Part shown: one piece after another, positions 56,013 to 64,000 of the stretch
Numbering within the stretch: position 1 is the stretch's first letter
Layout: each line of letters opens with the position of its first letter
Origin: Gemmatimonadota bacterium
GTDB lineage: Bacteria; Gemmatimonadota; Gemmatimonadetes; JACCXV01; JAHWKZ01
Length of the DNA stretch: 64,000 nt
Assembly (NCBI GenBank): GCA_039588915.1
Contig: JBDGYV010000003.1
Location: 5,343 to 69,342 of the forward strand
Reading direction: 5' to 3'
The notes under the pieces: generated by a model
Database searches by the model: none
What the model saw: only the letters and a program-made list of their open reading frames with translations
What the model was told of the DNA's origin: nothing
Translations under genes and position numbers: made by a program

Positions 56013-56956
56013 GCTAGTCGTGATCCCGATTGCGAAACCTCCTCGATAACCTGTTCCTCGGTGCCGACCGCGCGTCCCGTAAGCGACCGGTCGATTCGCC
56101 TCAAGAGCCCTGTGAGCACTTTGCCGGGACCGACCTCGAGGAACACTGTCGCCCCAAGATCGCGGAGTCTGGTCACGCAGTCGACCCAGCGCACTGGCGC
56201 CGTGAGTTGCTCCAGCAACCGCGAGCGAATCGCGTCCGGCTCTGTGACCGGCTCCGCGTCCACGTTCGCCACCACCGGACGGGTCGCTGTTCGCACGTCG
56301 ATCGCATCGAGAACGGCTGCTAGCTCTCGCGCGGCGGGCGCCATCAGGGACGAATGAAAGGCACCCGACACGTTGAGCTCGACGGCCTTACGTGCACCCC
56401 AATTGGGCGCCTCTTCGATCGCTCGATGGACAGCGCTCACCGATCCCGACACGACGATCTGGCCGGGAGCGTTGAAGTTGGCTGGTGTTAGCACTTCGTC
56501 AGGCGCCCGAAGCTTGTCGCACAGGGCGAACGCGTCGGCGCTATCGATACCGATCAGCGCGGCCATTGTGCCCGGCTTCTCGCGCCCTGTGGCCGCCATA
56601 GCCTCTCCTCTAGCCCGAACCAACCGCAGACCATCCGAAAACGACAAGCTGCCGGCTGCCACATGAGCCGAGAACTCGCCGAGGCTGTGCCCGGCGGCGG
56701 ATTGTGGTTCTATACCTTCAACGGCGAGCACACGCGCCACAGCGATCGAGTGCGTTAACAGCGCGGGCTGAGCGTTTTCTGTGGCCCGCAGCTCTTCCTC
56801 TGGACCGTCCCAGCACAACCGAGACAACGCCGACCCGAGCACGTCATCGGCTTCTTCAAACGTCCACTTGGCCTCGGCTCGCGCTGCAGCCAAATCAGCG
56901 CCCATTCCGACAAACTGGCTTCCCTGTCCCGGGAACTGGAAAGCGATCTGTGACAA
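56009..56956 (-). CDS. fabD: Malonyl-CoA:ACP transacylase
   Basis: FPGQGSQ, GHSLGE, VSGAFHS, EVGPG. Confidence 0.96.
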   Translation of the reverse strand: MSQIAFQFPGQGSQFVGMGADLAAARAEAKWTFEEADDVLGSALSRLCWDGPEEELRATENAQPALLTHSIAVARVLAVEGIEPQSAAGHSLGEFSAHVAAGSLSFSDGLRLVRARGEAMAATGREKPGTMAALIGIDSADAFALCDKLRAPDEVLTPANFNAPGQIVVSGSVSAVHRAIEEAPNWGARKAVELNVSGAFHSSLMAPAARELAAVLDAIDVRTATRPVVANVDAEPVTEPDAIRSRLLEQLTAPVRWVDCVTRLRDLGATVFLEVGPGKVLTGLLRRIDRSLTGRAVGTEEQVIEEVSQSGSRLA

Positions 56957-56958
56957 CT

Positions 56959-57996
56959 CTAGAGGCGAAGCACGGCTGAGCCCCAAGCGAGGCCGCCACC
57001 AAAAGCCGTCATCAGGACAGTACCGCCGGGAGGCACAATCTCGCTGCGTCGCACCTCGTCGAGCGCGATCGGAATCGATGCCGAACTCGTATTCCCGTAC
57101 CGGTCGATGTTTATGTACACCCGGTCACCATCGACGCTCAACCGCTTGGCGAGCGATTCAATGATCCGAATGTTGGCCTGGTGTGGAACGACCAGGTCGA
57201 TGTCATCGATCGTCATCCCGGCTTTGTCGAGCACGATCCGGCTCGATTCCTCCATGGCCAACACAGCGCGCTTGAAAATGTCACGACCTTCTTGTTTGAC
57301 AAATTCGAGTCGCTCGCTCCGTGTCTGTGGGGACGAAGGCATGGCCGCTCCACCTGCCGGGCGCCACAGCATCTGGGCGCAACGCCCATCGGTCTGCATG
57401 TGGGTCGCCAACAACCCGGTGCCCCCGTTGGCCGGATCGCCACCAGGCCCGAGTAGCGCCGCACCAGCCCCATCACCAAACAAGACGCACGTCGATCGAT
57501 CGGTGTAGTCGATGATAGCCGACATCTTCTCAGCCCCTATAACGAGCGCATTCCCGTACACCCCGGTCTTCAATAGGCCGTCGGCAATCGTGACACCGTA
57601 GAGCCAGCCCGCGCACGCCGCGCTCACGTCGAAAGCGGCGGCCCGGTGAGCTCCGAGTCGGGCCTGTGTCTCGCAGGCGGTAGACGGAAGCAAGTGGTCC
57701 GGAGTAGCGGTGGAGAGAATGATAAGGTCGACGTCGATCGGCTCAACTCCAGCGTCTGCCAGTGCTATTGAGCCCGCTCTAGCGGCCAGGTCGGCCGTGT
57801 TTTCCCCATCCGCGCAGATCCGCCTTTCCCTGATCCCGGATCGTGCTCGGATCCACTCGTCCGAAGTGTCAACCATCGTTTCGAGATCGGCGTTCGTGAG
57901 CACGCGCTCGGGAACCGCCAACCCGGTACCGCAAATAAAGCCCTGTCGTCGAGTCTGTTTCTGGTCGCTGATAACGCCTGCTGCCTGGCTTCTCAT
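56959..57996 (-). CDS. fabH: 3-oxoacyl-ACP synthase III
   Basis: AACAG, FGDGAGA, PHQAN, GNTSSAS. Confidence 0.96.
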   Translation of the reverse strand: MRSQAAGVISDQKQTRRQGFICGTGLAVPERVLTNADLETMVDTSDEWIRARSGIRERRICADGENTADLAARAGSIALADAGVEPIDVDLIILSTATPDHLLPSTACETQARLGAHRAAAFDVSAACAGWLYGVTIADGLLKTGVYGNALVIGAEKMSAIIDYTDRSTCVLFGDGAGAALLGPGGDPANGGTGLLATHMQTDGRCAQMLWRPAGGAAMPSSPQTRSERLEFVKQEGRDIFKRAVLAMEESSRIVLDKAGMTIDDIDLVVPHQANIRIIESLAKRLSVDGDRVYINIDRYGNTSSASIPIALDEVRRSEIVPPGGTVLMTAFGGGLAWGSAVLRL

Positions 57997-59030
57997 GCGC
58001 CCTCCTTCAGCTTGTCGTCAGTGGCTGGCGAGGCCACGAACTCGCTGACCGCCTCTTCGATGTGACGATTGAGTTTTCGCGCGGCGGCTGTTCTCGCCAC
58101 GTCGATCGCGTTCCGAAACGCCTTTACGCTGGAACCACCGTGGCCGATGACCACAATCCCATTCACCCCCAACAGCGGCGCGCCGCCATACTCCGCATAG
58201 TCGATCTTCTTTCTCACTGAATCGAGCGCGGACCCCATGAGCACGGCCCCCAACCCAGCTTTGTAACTCTTGCCCACCTCGTCACGGACCGACTCGGCGA
58301 GAAAGTCGATAAATGACTCCCCGAACTTCAGCAGCACGTTTCCGACGAAACCGTCGCATACCACAACGTCGGCTGCCCCCCTCAGCACATCCCGTCCCTC
58401 CACGTTACCGATGAAGTTCAAGTCGCTGACGCTCAACAGCTGGTGCGTCGCCACGGTGAGATCGTTTCCCTTGCTCGGCTCCTCGCCGATTGACAAAAGC
58501 CCCACCCGGGGTTGCCCGCGGCCTAGCACGTCGATCGCATAGATGTGACCCATGATCGCGAACTGAACGAGATGCTCCGGTCGACATTCGGGATTGGCTC
58601 CGACATCGAGCACCAGGCAGGGGAGACCCTGAGTCGGGAAAATCGTCACGATGGCAGGCCTCGAGATGCCCTTGATGCGCCCCAGCGTCAGCAGCGCTGT
58701 GGCCATTACCGCACCGGTGTTTCCAGCTGAAATAAAGGCGTCGGCGTGGCCCGACTTCTGCAAGTCGAGCCCCACTGCGATCGAGGAGTCCCTCTTGCGC
58801 CGCAAAGCGGTCGAGGGAGCGTCGTGCATTTCGATGACTTGGGGTGCGTGTTGGATCCGTAGCTGGTCCTGTCGGTAGCGCTGACCCTCGAGGCACCGGG
58901 AGATCCTTCGCTTGTCGCCCGTCAGTACGATCTCGAAGGGCTCCTCCGGTGTCCCGATGGCGGCCAACGCCGCCGTCACCGGGTACTCCGGAGCGTGATC
59001 TCCCCCCATGGCGTCGAGCACAATTCGCAT
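57993..59030 (-). CDS. plsX: Phosphate acyltransferase PlsX
   Basis: DAMGGD, SAGNTGA, DGFVGN..LK, GGAPLLG. Confidence 0.96.
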   Translation of the reverse strand: MRIVLDAMGGDHAPEYPVTAALAAIGTPEEPFEIVLTGDKRRISRCLEGQRYRQDQLRIQHAPQVIEMHDAPSTALRRKRDSSIAVGLDLQKSGHADAFISAGNTGAVMATALLTLGRIKGISRPAIVTIFPTQGLPCLVLDVGANPECRPEHLVQFAIMGHIYAIDVLGRGQPRVGLLSIGEEPSKGNDLTVATHQLLSVSDLNFIGNVEGRDVLRGAADVVVCDGFVGNVLLKFGESFIDFLAESVRDEVGKSYKAGLGAVLMGSALDSVRKKIDYAEYGGAPLLGVNGIVVIGHGGSSVKAFRNAIDVARTAAARKLNRHIEEAVSEFVASPATDDKLKEGA

Positions 59031-59069
59031 CGCCCGCATTCACCTCTGGCCGACAGGCCGTCGAGGTGT

Positions 59070-59252
59070 CTAGAACTCCTCCACGTCGACGATGTGGCGT
59101 CCCGCGTAGTGACCGCAGTGCGGACAGATCCGATGCGGGAGCTTTGGCTGCAAACACTTGTCGCACTTGATCACAGTCGGCGCGTCCACGTTCTTATGGG
59201 TCCGCCGATTGCGTCGCCGCGTTTTGCTAATTTTTCGCTTTGGTACTGCCAT
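59070..59252 (-). CDS. rpmF: 50S ribosomal protein L32 (zinc-binding form)
   Basis: MAVPKRK.SK.RR, CDKC..PHR.CPHCG.Y. Confidence 0.96.
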   Translation of the reverse strand: MAVPKRKISKTRRRNRRTHKNVDAPTVIKCDKCLQPKLPHRICPHCGHYAGRHIVDVEEF

Positions 59253-59286
59253 TGGTATCAATCTCCGAAATGCAGGTTGTCAAACG

Positions 59287-59805
59287 TCAGCCTTGATCAT
59301 CGAGCCGAAGTGCGCCCAAAGCGCCCCAGCGTTCGTCAGTTTCGTCGCTCGCGCAGTCGCACCTTCTCTGGTTCAAGTTCTGACCACACTGTGGACAAAT
59401 CCCAGCGCATTCTCCATCGCACAGTGGAAACCGATTGCGTTCCAAGAACAGCCACTCACGGACCGGCTCGTCGATCTCGATCTCAGTAGCCTTGGGCTCG
59501 ATCGGCACGATACCCGTGTCTCCGAAATCATCGCCCGTACCGTCGGAGTGCTGGTACACAACCCGACACCGATCGTCGATCGTGACTTTTACCGGCATGA
59601 GACAGCGCCGGCACGAGCCCACCGACTTACCGTGGACGTCAACCGTTACGACGTACATCCCACCGGTCGCGCTGGCCACCTCCACCTCGAGCCGGATTGG
59701 CTCGTCGATCCGGCTCCCGTAACCATCCAGCAATGGATCATCCGGGTCGATCGTGAAAGTGGTTCTCAACCGACCCCTCGAAAGGCGCGCGAGATTAACG
59801 ATCAT
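59287..59805 (-). CDS. yceD: YceD/DUF177 family protein
   Basis: CRRCL, LC...C.GICPQCG.NLN, DERW..L; upstream of rpmF. Confidence 0.92.
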   Translation of the reverse strand: MIVNLARLSRGRLRTTFTIDPDDPLLDGYGSRIDEPIRLEVEVASATGGMYVVTVDVHGKSVGSCRRCLMPVKVTIDDRCRVVYQHSDGTGDDFGDTGIVPIEPKATEIEIDEPVREWLFLERNRFPLCDGECAGICPQCGQNLNQRRCDCASDETDERWGALGALRLDDQG

Positions 59806-59814
59806 AACCGTATA

Positions 59815-59843
59815 AGTATATTCACTGTACTTACTTGGAACAA
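59815..59843 (-). promoter_or_regulatory. Putative sigma70 promoter of yceD-rpmF-fab (TTGTTC-N17-TATACT), 9 nt from the ATG
   Basis: AT-rich patch in GC-rich DNA; exact spacing. Confidence 0.55.
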
Positions 59844-59862
59844 CTCGGCATGGGCAGGGCGC

Positions 59863-60270
59863 CTAGGCCCCGAAGAAAAACTCGATCTCGAGAGTCGCGT
59901 TATCGGGAGAATCCGACGCGTGGATCGCGTTGCGCTCCATCGACTCGGCGTACAGGCGCCGGATCGTGCCCTCTTCGGCCTCATCCGGGTCGGTTGCGCC
60001 TATCGATCGCCGCAGCCCAGCCACCGCGTCATCGCGCTCCAGCACCATCGGCACACACGCGCCGCTCGTCATGAAGTCCACCAAGCTATCGAAGAATGGT
60101 CGCTCCTCGTGGACAGCGTAGAAGTCGCGCGCGCGCTCAGTCGTCAACCGCAGCATGCACATCTCGCGGACCACGAAACCATCCGCCTCAAGGTGAGCCA
60201 GGATGGCACCGATCAGGTTCTTGGCGACCGCATCCGGCTTGATGATCGCTAGAGTTCGCTCGGCAGTCAT
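59863..60270 (-). CDS. ndk: Nucleoside diphosphate kinase
   Basis: ERTLAIIKPDAV, FY.VH..RPFF, GTIR, NAIHASDS. Confidence 0.97.
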   Translation of the reverse strand: MTAERTLAIIKPDAVAKNLIGAILAHLEADGFVVREMCMLRLTTERARDFYAVHEERPFFDSLVDFMTSGACVPMVLERDDAVAGLRRSIGATDPDEAEEGTIRRLYAESMERNAIHASDSPDNATLEIEFFFGA

Positions 60271-61169
60271 CAGAATTGTAGCAGCTTGCGGATGAGGGAT
60301 CGGCGACTGATCAAGCCGACCCACTTCCCGTCTCTTGTCAGCGGTAGGGGGTCAACGTTCTTGTTGACTATGATCGAAGCGGCTTCGCTAATGCTGGCTT
60401 CGATGGGCAGACAGAGCACCGCCTTCGACATGACATCTCGGACCGAAGGGTCGGACTCCTCCCGAGTCGCCAGATCTGACAGACTCTCGAAGACTCGCAG
60501 ATACCCCGGTAGGAAATCTCGGATCAGGTCTTTCTCCGAGATCATCCCGACGATCTCGTCTCTTTTGTTGACCACCGGAAGCCCTGTGTACGCACCACGT
60601 GTCATTAGCCGAGCCGCCTCACGCAGAGGCATCTCCGGATAGATCCTCTGCGACGCGGGCTCCATGACATCGATCACCGAGAGTTTCTGAACTCGCGGCG
60701 CGCTACGGATTACTGGAAGATCGACGATCGATTGAGCGTCGGGGGCGGAAAGCAGCGCTTCGAGCGCACCCTCTTCGCGCAGCACCGCCGCCAGACTGGC
60801 GACTGTCTCCAGATAGCCCGCCGACTCTTCGGGTGGCGCAGCGACCAGCACCAACAAACGGCCGCGGGTCTCGCCACCGGTCTCAGCCGGTACCCTTAGC
60901 GGCCGCTCGACGATACCGAGCACTGTGACGACCCTTTCGATGGCGTCCGACCGGAGGTGCCGAATAAAGGCGCCAGCGCCAACAGCCATCGTGTCCTCGG
61001 CGCCCAGCGCGCTGACTTGGCGCAAGAACCGTTCACCATCGATGACGCCGGTTTGGCTGGCCGCAAAAGCGGCCAACTCATCCAACGCCTCGGCGTAGGA
61101 GGTGGCGGCTAGCGGTGGAGCCACCTGACCGACCGAGAGGATCGGTTTCGTTCGGGTCACCTCAGTCAA
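60270..61169 (-). CDS. PTS EIIA(Ntr/Fru)-like domain fused to a CBS pair
   Basis: [14 protein letters not shown] (EIIA His position), [13 protein letters not shown]; CBS motifs [22 protein letters not shown]. Confidence 0.78.
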   Translation of the reverse strand: MTEVTRTKPILSVGQVAPPLAATSYAEALDELAAFAASQTGVIDGERFLRQVSALGAEDTMAVGAGAFIRHLRSDAIERVVTVLGIVERPLRVPAETGGETRGRLLVLVAAPPEESAGYLETVASLAAVLREEGALEALLSAPDAQSIVDLPVIRSAPRVQKLSVIDVMEPASQRIYPEMPLREAARLMTRGAYTGLPVVNKRDEIVGMISEKDLIRDFLPGYLRVFESLSDLATREESDPSVRDVMSKAVLCLPIEASISEAASIIVNKNVDPLPLTRDGKWVGLISRRSLIRKLLQF

Positions 61170-62034
61170 GGGCGCTCTCGATCAATCCAACGATATCGGC
61201 CGGGCGCTCAGCCACGGCTATCCCGTGCTCTCGAAAGGCGGCCATCTTTTCTGCGGCCGTGCCTTCGCTGCCCGAGATAATCGCACCGGCATGTCCCATG
61301 CGTCTTCCGGGCGGCGCGGTTTGGCCGGCGATGAATCCAACCACCGGTGTGCTCATCTCGCTCTCCACGAAGCTCGCGGCCTCCTGCTCGTCGGTGCCAC
61401 CGATCTCTCCGATCATTACGACCGCCTCCGTGTCGGGGTCGGCCTCAAAGCCCTCTAGGCAGTCGATAAACGATGTTCCGACGATCGGATCGCCGCCGAT
61501 CCCGATGCATGTCGACTGGCCGAGCCCATTGATCGTCAACTGATGGATCACCTCGTAGGTGAGGGTACCGCTCCTCGAGACGACACCGACCTTGCCCGGC
61601 GTACAGATCTTGCCCGGAAGTATCCCGATCTTCGATTCGCCTGGGGTGATAAGACCGGGACAGTTGGGACCGATGACACGTGCGCCACGCTCACGCACAA
61701 ACGCCATCACACGCGTCATGTCGAGGACCGGGACCCCCTCGGTGATCGCCACAATGAGCGCGATCCCCGCTTCGGCGGCCTCGTAGATAGCGTCCGCCGC
61801 GAATGCTGGCGGCACGTAGATCACGGACGCGTTAGCGCCGGTCTCCTCGACCGCCGCTGCCACAGTGTCAAAGATCGGGGTGACGTCGTCAAACAACTGC
61901 CCGCCTCTGCCCGGCACCACGCCGGCCACTACTTGGGTGCCATAATCGCGCATTCGCCGAGCGTGGAACGAACCGTCACGACCGGTAATGCCCTGCACCG
62001 CGAGCTTCGTCGATCGATCGATCAGGATGCTCAC
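61162..62034 (-). CDS. sucD: Succinyl-CoA ligase alpha subunit
   Basis: [27 protein letters not shown]. Confidence 0.97.
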   Translation of the reverse strand: MSILIDRSTKLAVQGITGRDGSFHARRMRDYGTQVVAGVVPGRGGQLFDDVTPIFDTVAAAVEETGANASVIYVPPAFAADAIYEAAEAGIALIVAITEGVPVLDMTRVMAFVRERGARVIGPNCPGLITPGESKIGILPGKICTPGKVGVVSRSGTLTYEVIHQLTINGLGQSTCIGIGGDPIVGTSFIDCLEGFEADPDTEAVVMIGEIGGTDEQEAASFVESEMSTPVVGFIAGQTAPPGRRMGHAGAIISGSEGTAAEKMAAFREHGIAVAERPADIVGLIESALD

Positions 62035-63194
62035 CGCGCGCTACCTCCAGCGGGCGCTTTCGCCGGGGTTGCCAGCTCGATCGCCTTCCGTACGACTTCG
62101 TCCATTGAGTTCGTAGCGGGCAGATCTACCGACTCCAGGATCTCTAGACCCTTGTTCTCGTTAGTCCCGGTTAAGCGGATAACAATCGGTACGTCGACAT
62201 CCATCCGGCTGAGCGCTTGAACGATGCCGTTCGCTACGTCATCGCAGCGCGTGATACCACCGAAAATGTTCAACAGGATCGCCTCGACGTTGGGGTCGGA
62301 TAGAATGATCCGCATCGCATCGACGACCTTCTCGGGGTTTGAGCTCCCACCGATATCGAGGAAGTTGGCTGGCTCAGCTCCGTAGTACTTGATCAAGTCC
62401 ATGGTCGCCATCGCCAACCCGGCACCGTTCACGATGCACCCGATCGAACCATCGAGCTTGACGTACGACAGCCCCTTCTCGCGGGCCTCGGTCTCGGCCG
62501 GTTCATCGGCTGATGGGTCGCGTAGCTCGGCTAGCTCGGGATGCCTGAAGAGCGCGGCGTCGTCGATGTTGACCTTGGCATCGATCGCTTGCAGCGTGCC
62601 GTCCGGCAAAGCGACCAGAGGATTGATCTCAGCCAGCGACGCATCGATGGCGACAAACGCCGAGTAGAGGCGGCGGAAAATGTTCGCCGCCTGACGAACC
62701 TGCCGGATATCGTCGTAGAGCGAGAAGCCGAGTTCCATCGCCTGGTGATTGAGCAGCCCGTAGCGCGGATCAATGGCCACTTTGTGGATCTTCTCGGGCG
62801 TTTCCCGGGCCACCTCTTCGATATCCACACCGCCCGCAGCACTGACCATCATGACCGGCCGTTGGCTCGCCCGATCGACGATGATCCCGGCGTACGCCTC
62901 ACTCGCGATATCCACCGCCGGCGCGATCAACACCTTGCCAACCGTGAGCCCCTTGATCTCCATTCCCAGGATGGCGTCGGCAGCCTGTCGAGCGTCATCG
63001 GGGGTCTGGGCCAGCTTGACACCACCGGCTTTGCCGCGCCCGCCAACGTGGACCTGAGCTTTGACAACCACAGGGCCTGCGAGCTCGCGTGCCGCGGCCG
63101 CGGCCTGCTCAGCGGTTTCCGCCACCCGATCCTGCGGCACCGGCAGACCGTGCTGGCGAAAAATCTCGCGGGCTTGGTATTCATGAATCTTCAT
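62031..63194 (-). CDS. sucC: Succinyl-CoA ligase beta subunit
   Basis: [42 protein letters not shown]. Confidence 0.97.
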   Translation of the reverse strand: MKIHEYQAREIFRQHGLPVPQDRVAETAEQAAAAARELAGPVVVKAQVHVGGRGKAGGVKLAQTPDDARQAADAILGMEIKGLTVGKVLIAPAVDIASEAYAGIIVDRASQRPVMMVSAAGGVDIEEVARETPEKIHKVAIDPRYGLLNHQAMELGFSLYDDIRQVRQAANIFRRLYSAFVAIDASLAEINPLVALPDGTLQAIDAKVNIDDAALFRHPELAELRDPSADEPAETEAREKGLSYVKLDGSIGCIVNGAGLAMATMDLIKYYGAEPANFLDIGGSSNPEKVVDAMRIILSDPNVEAILLNIFGGITRCDDVANGIVQALSRMDVDVPIVIRLTGTNENKGLEILESVDLPATNSMDEVVRKAIELATPAKAPAGGSAR

Positions 63195-63209
63195 AACTTG
63201 AGGCCCGGC

Positions 63210-63238
63210 AAACTAGACGCTGGGCGCTACGTCTTCAA
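63210..63238 (-). promoter_or_regulatory. Putative sigma70 promoter of sucC (TTGAAG-N17-TAGTTT)
   Basis: Motifs and spacing read from the sequence. Confidence 0.45.
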
Positions 63239-63259
63239 TGCGGTTATTGGCGACCCGGA

Positions 63260-64000
63260 TCACTGTTCTGACTCTGTTAACTGCTCCAGAATTCGACCAA
63301 GCTCTTCGAGCGCCGTTCCGTATGCCGCCCAATCGCCTCTCCGTTGGGCCGCCACCGCGCGTTCGTACGCGGTTTGCGCCTGACTGGCCAGCGATCGCTC
63401 ACCTCGAGTTGGCGTGGCCTCGCGGGGCGTTTCGACCTCTGCGATGTCGACTTCGGCGGCCGGCGAGGCACCTCGGATCAGCGCCATCATCGCGTCCTCG
63501 AGCGTCGGCTCCATCACTATCTGGTTGCCGTAGGTAGCGATCACGCGGCGCAACTCTGGAAGCTGGCTCTGCTGGGCTTGGAGGAACAGCGGCTCCACGT
63601 ACAACACCGACTTACCGATCGGTATGACCAGGAGGTTGCCGCGGATCACATTCGACCCCTTCTGGCTCCACAGGGTAATCTGCTCGCTGATCCTCGGATC
63701 TTGATCGATTCGAGCCTCGACTTGCATCGGGCCGAAGATCAGCCGGTCCTTTGGAAACTCGTACATGACACGCCGGCCGTAATCGCCGGGATCGCTCTTC
63801 GCCGCCAGCAACGCGACCATGTTGTCCCTTCGGGCCGGCGTAAAAGGCAGGACCAACTGGAACGCCGGCTTGCTGTCATCCGGCAATCTCAACAGCACGT
63901 AGTACGGAACCATCTTCGTCGGTTGACCCTGATAGATCTCGTTTGGGATGTTCCACATGTCCTCGCGATTGTAGAACACGCGCGGATCTTGCATGTGGTA
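63260..64000 (-). CDS. UPF0182 family membrane protein, C-terminal part (5' end beyond the window)
   Basis: FYNREDMW, PYY, GPMQ.EARIDQD, GNLLVIP, LYVEPLF, PELRRVI, GDWAAYG. Confidence 0.92.
   Translation of the reverse strand, partial: YHMQDPRVFYNREDMWNIPNEIYQGQPTKMVPYYVLLRLPDDSKPAFQLVLPFTPARRDNMVALLAAKSDPGDYGRRVMYEFPKDRLIFGPMQVEARIDQDPRISEQITLWSQKGSNVIRGNLLVIPIGKSVLYVEPLFLQAQQSQLPELRRVIATYGNQIVMEPTLEDAMMALIRGASPAAEVDIAEVETPREATPTRGERSLASQAQTAYERAVAAQRRGDWAAYGTALEELGRILEQLTESEQ

Noticed and set aside
59158-60252. Long plus-strand ORFs antisense to housekeeping genes (e.g. 364 aa here, 7264-8097, 34778-35626, 62541-63383)
   Set aside because: Typical shadow ORFs of high-GC coding DNA with no recognisable motifs.
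1-64000. CRISPR arrays, rRNA genes, IS elements, riboswitches, T-boxes
   Set aside because: None seen; intergenic gaps are short and lack such repeats or leaders. A covariance-model scan was not possible.

Overview
This 64 kb window is GC-rich chromosomal DNA from an LPS-producing bacterium. The fused lpxC-fabZ, the mcsAB-clpC genes between lol and bam genes, and the integrase style suggest Gemmatimonadota or a relative (inference, not tested). Almost all genes lie on the minus strand in tightly coupled housekeeping operons: thrS; lipid A/Bam/Lol/ClpC; lysS-prfB; rluB-scpAB-trpS; archease-rtcB; gap-pgk-tpi-secG; purine genes; fatty-acid genes; ndk-sucCD. Two tRNAs are present, Ala(CGC) and Leu(GAG). 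The most notable observations are: (1) an EgtD-EgtB ergothioneine fusion coupled to an uncharacterised enolase-superfamily enzyme, a candidate PLP-independent C-S lyase; (2) a module after tRNA-Leu comprising YtxH-like, ubiquitin-like and AAA+-less NtrC-type REC-HTH genes, then a near-consensus sigma54 promoter with tandem repeats and a TPR gene; (3) a collapsed ~1 kb tRNA-Ala island with an inactivated integrase remnant and one lipoprotein cargo gene; (4) an unannotated 44-aa membrane protein where lpxB often sits; (5) a fabG that appears to need a non-canonical start codon; (6) a complete protein-arginine phosphorylation set (McsA/McsB/ClpC/YwlE) in a diderm; (7) a UDP-apiose/xylose-synthase-like enzyme; (8) a PTS-EIIA-CBS fusion between sucCD and ndk. 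All calls come from reading motifs by eye; no database searches were run.
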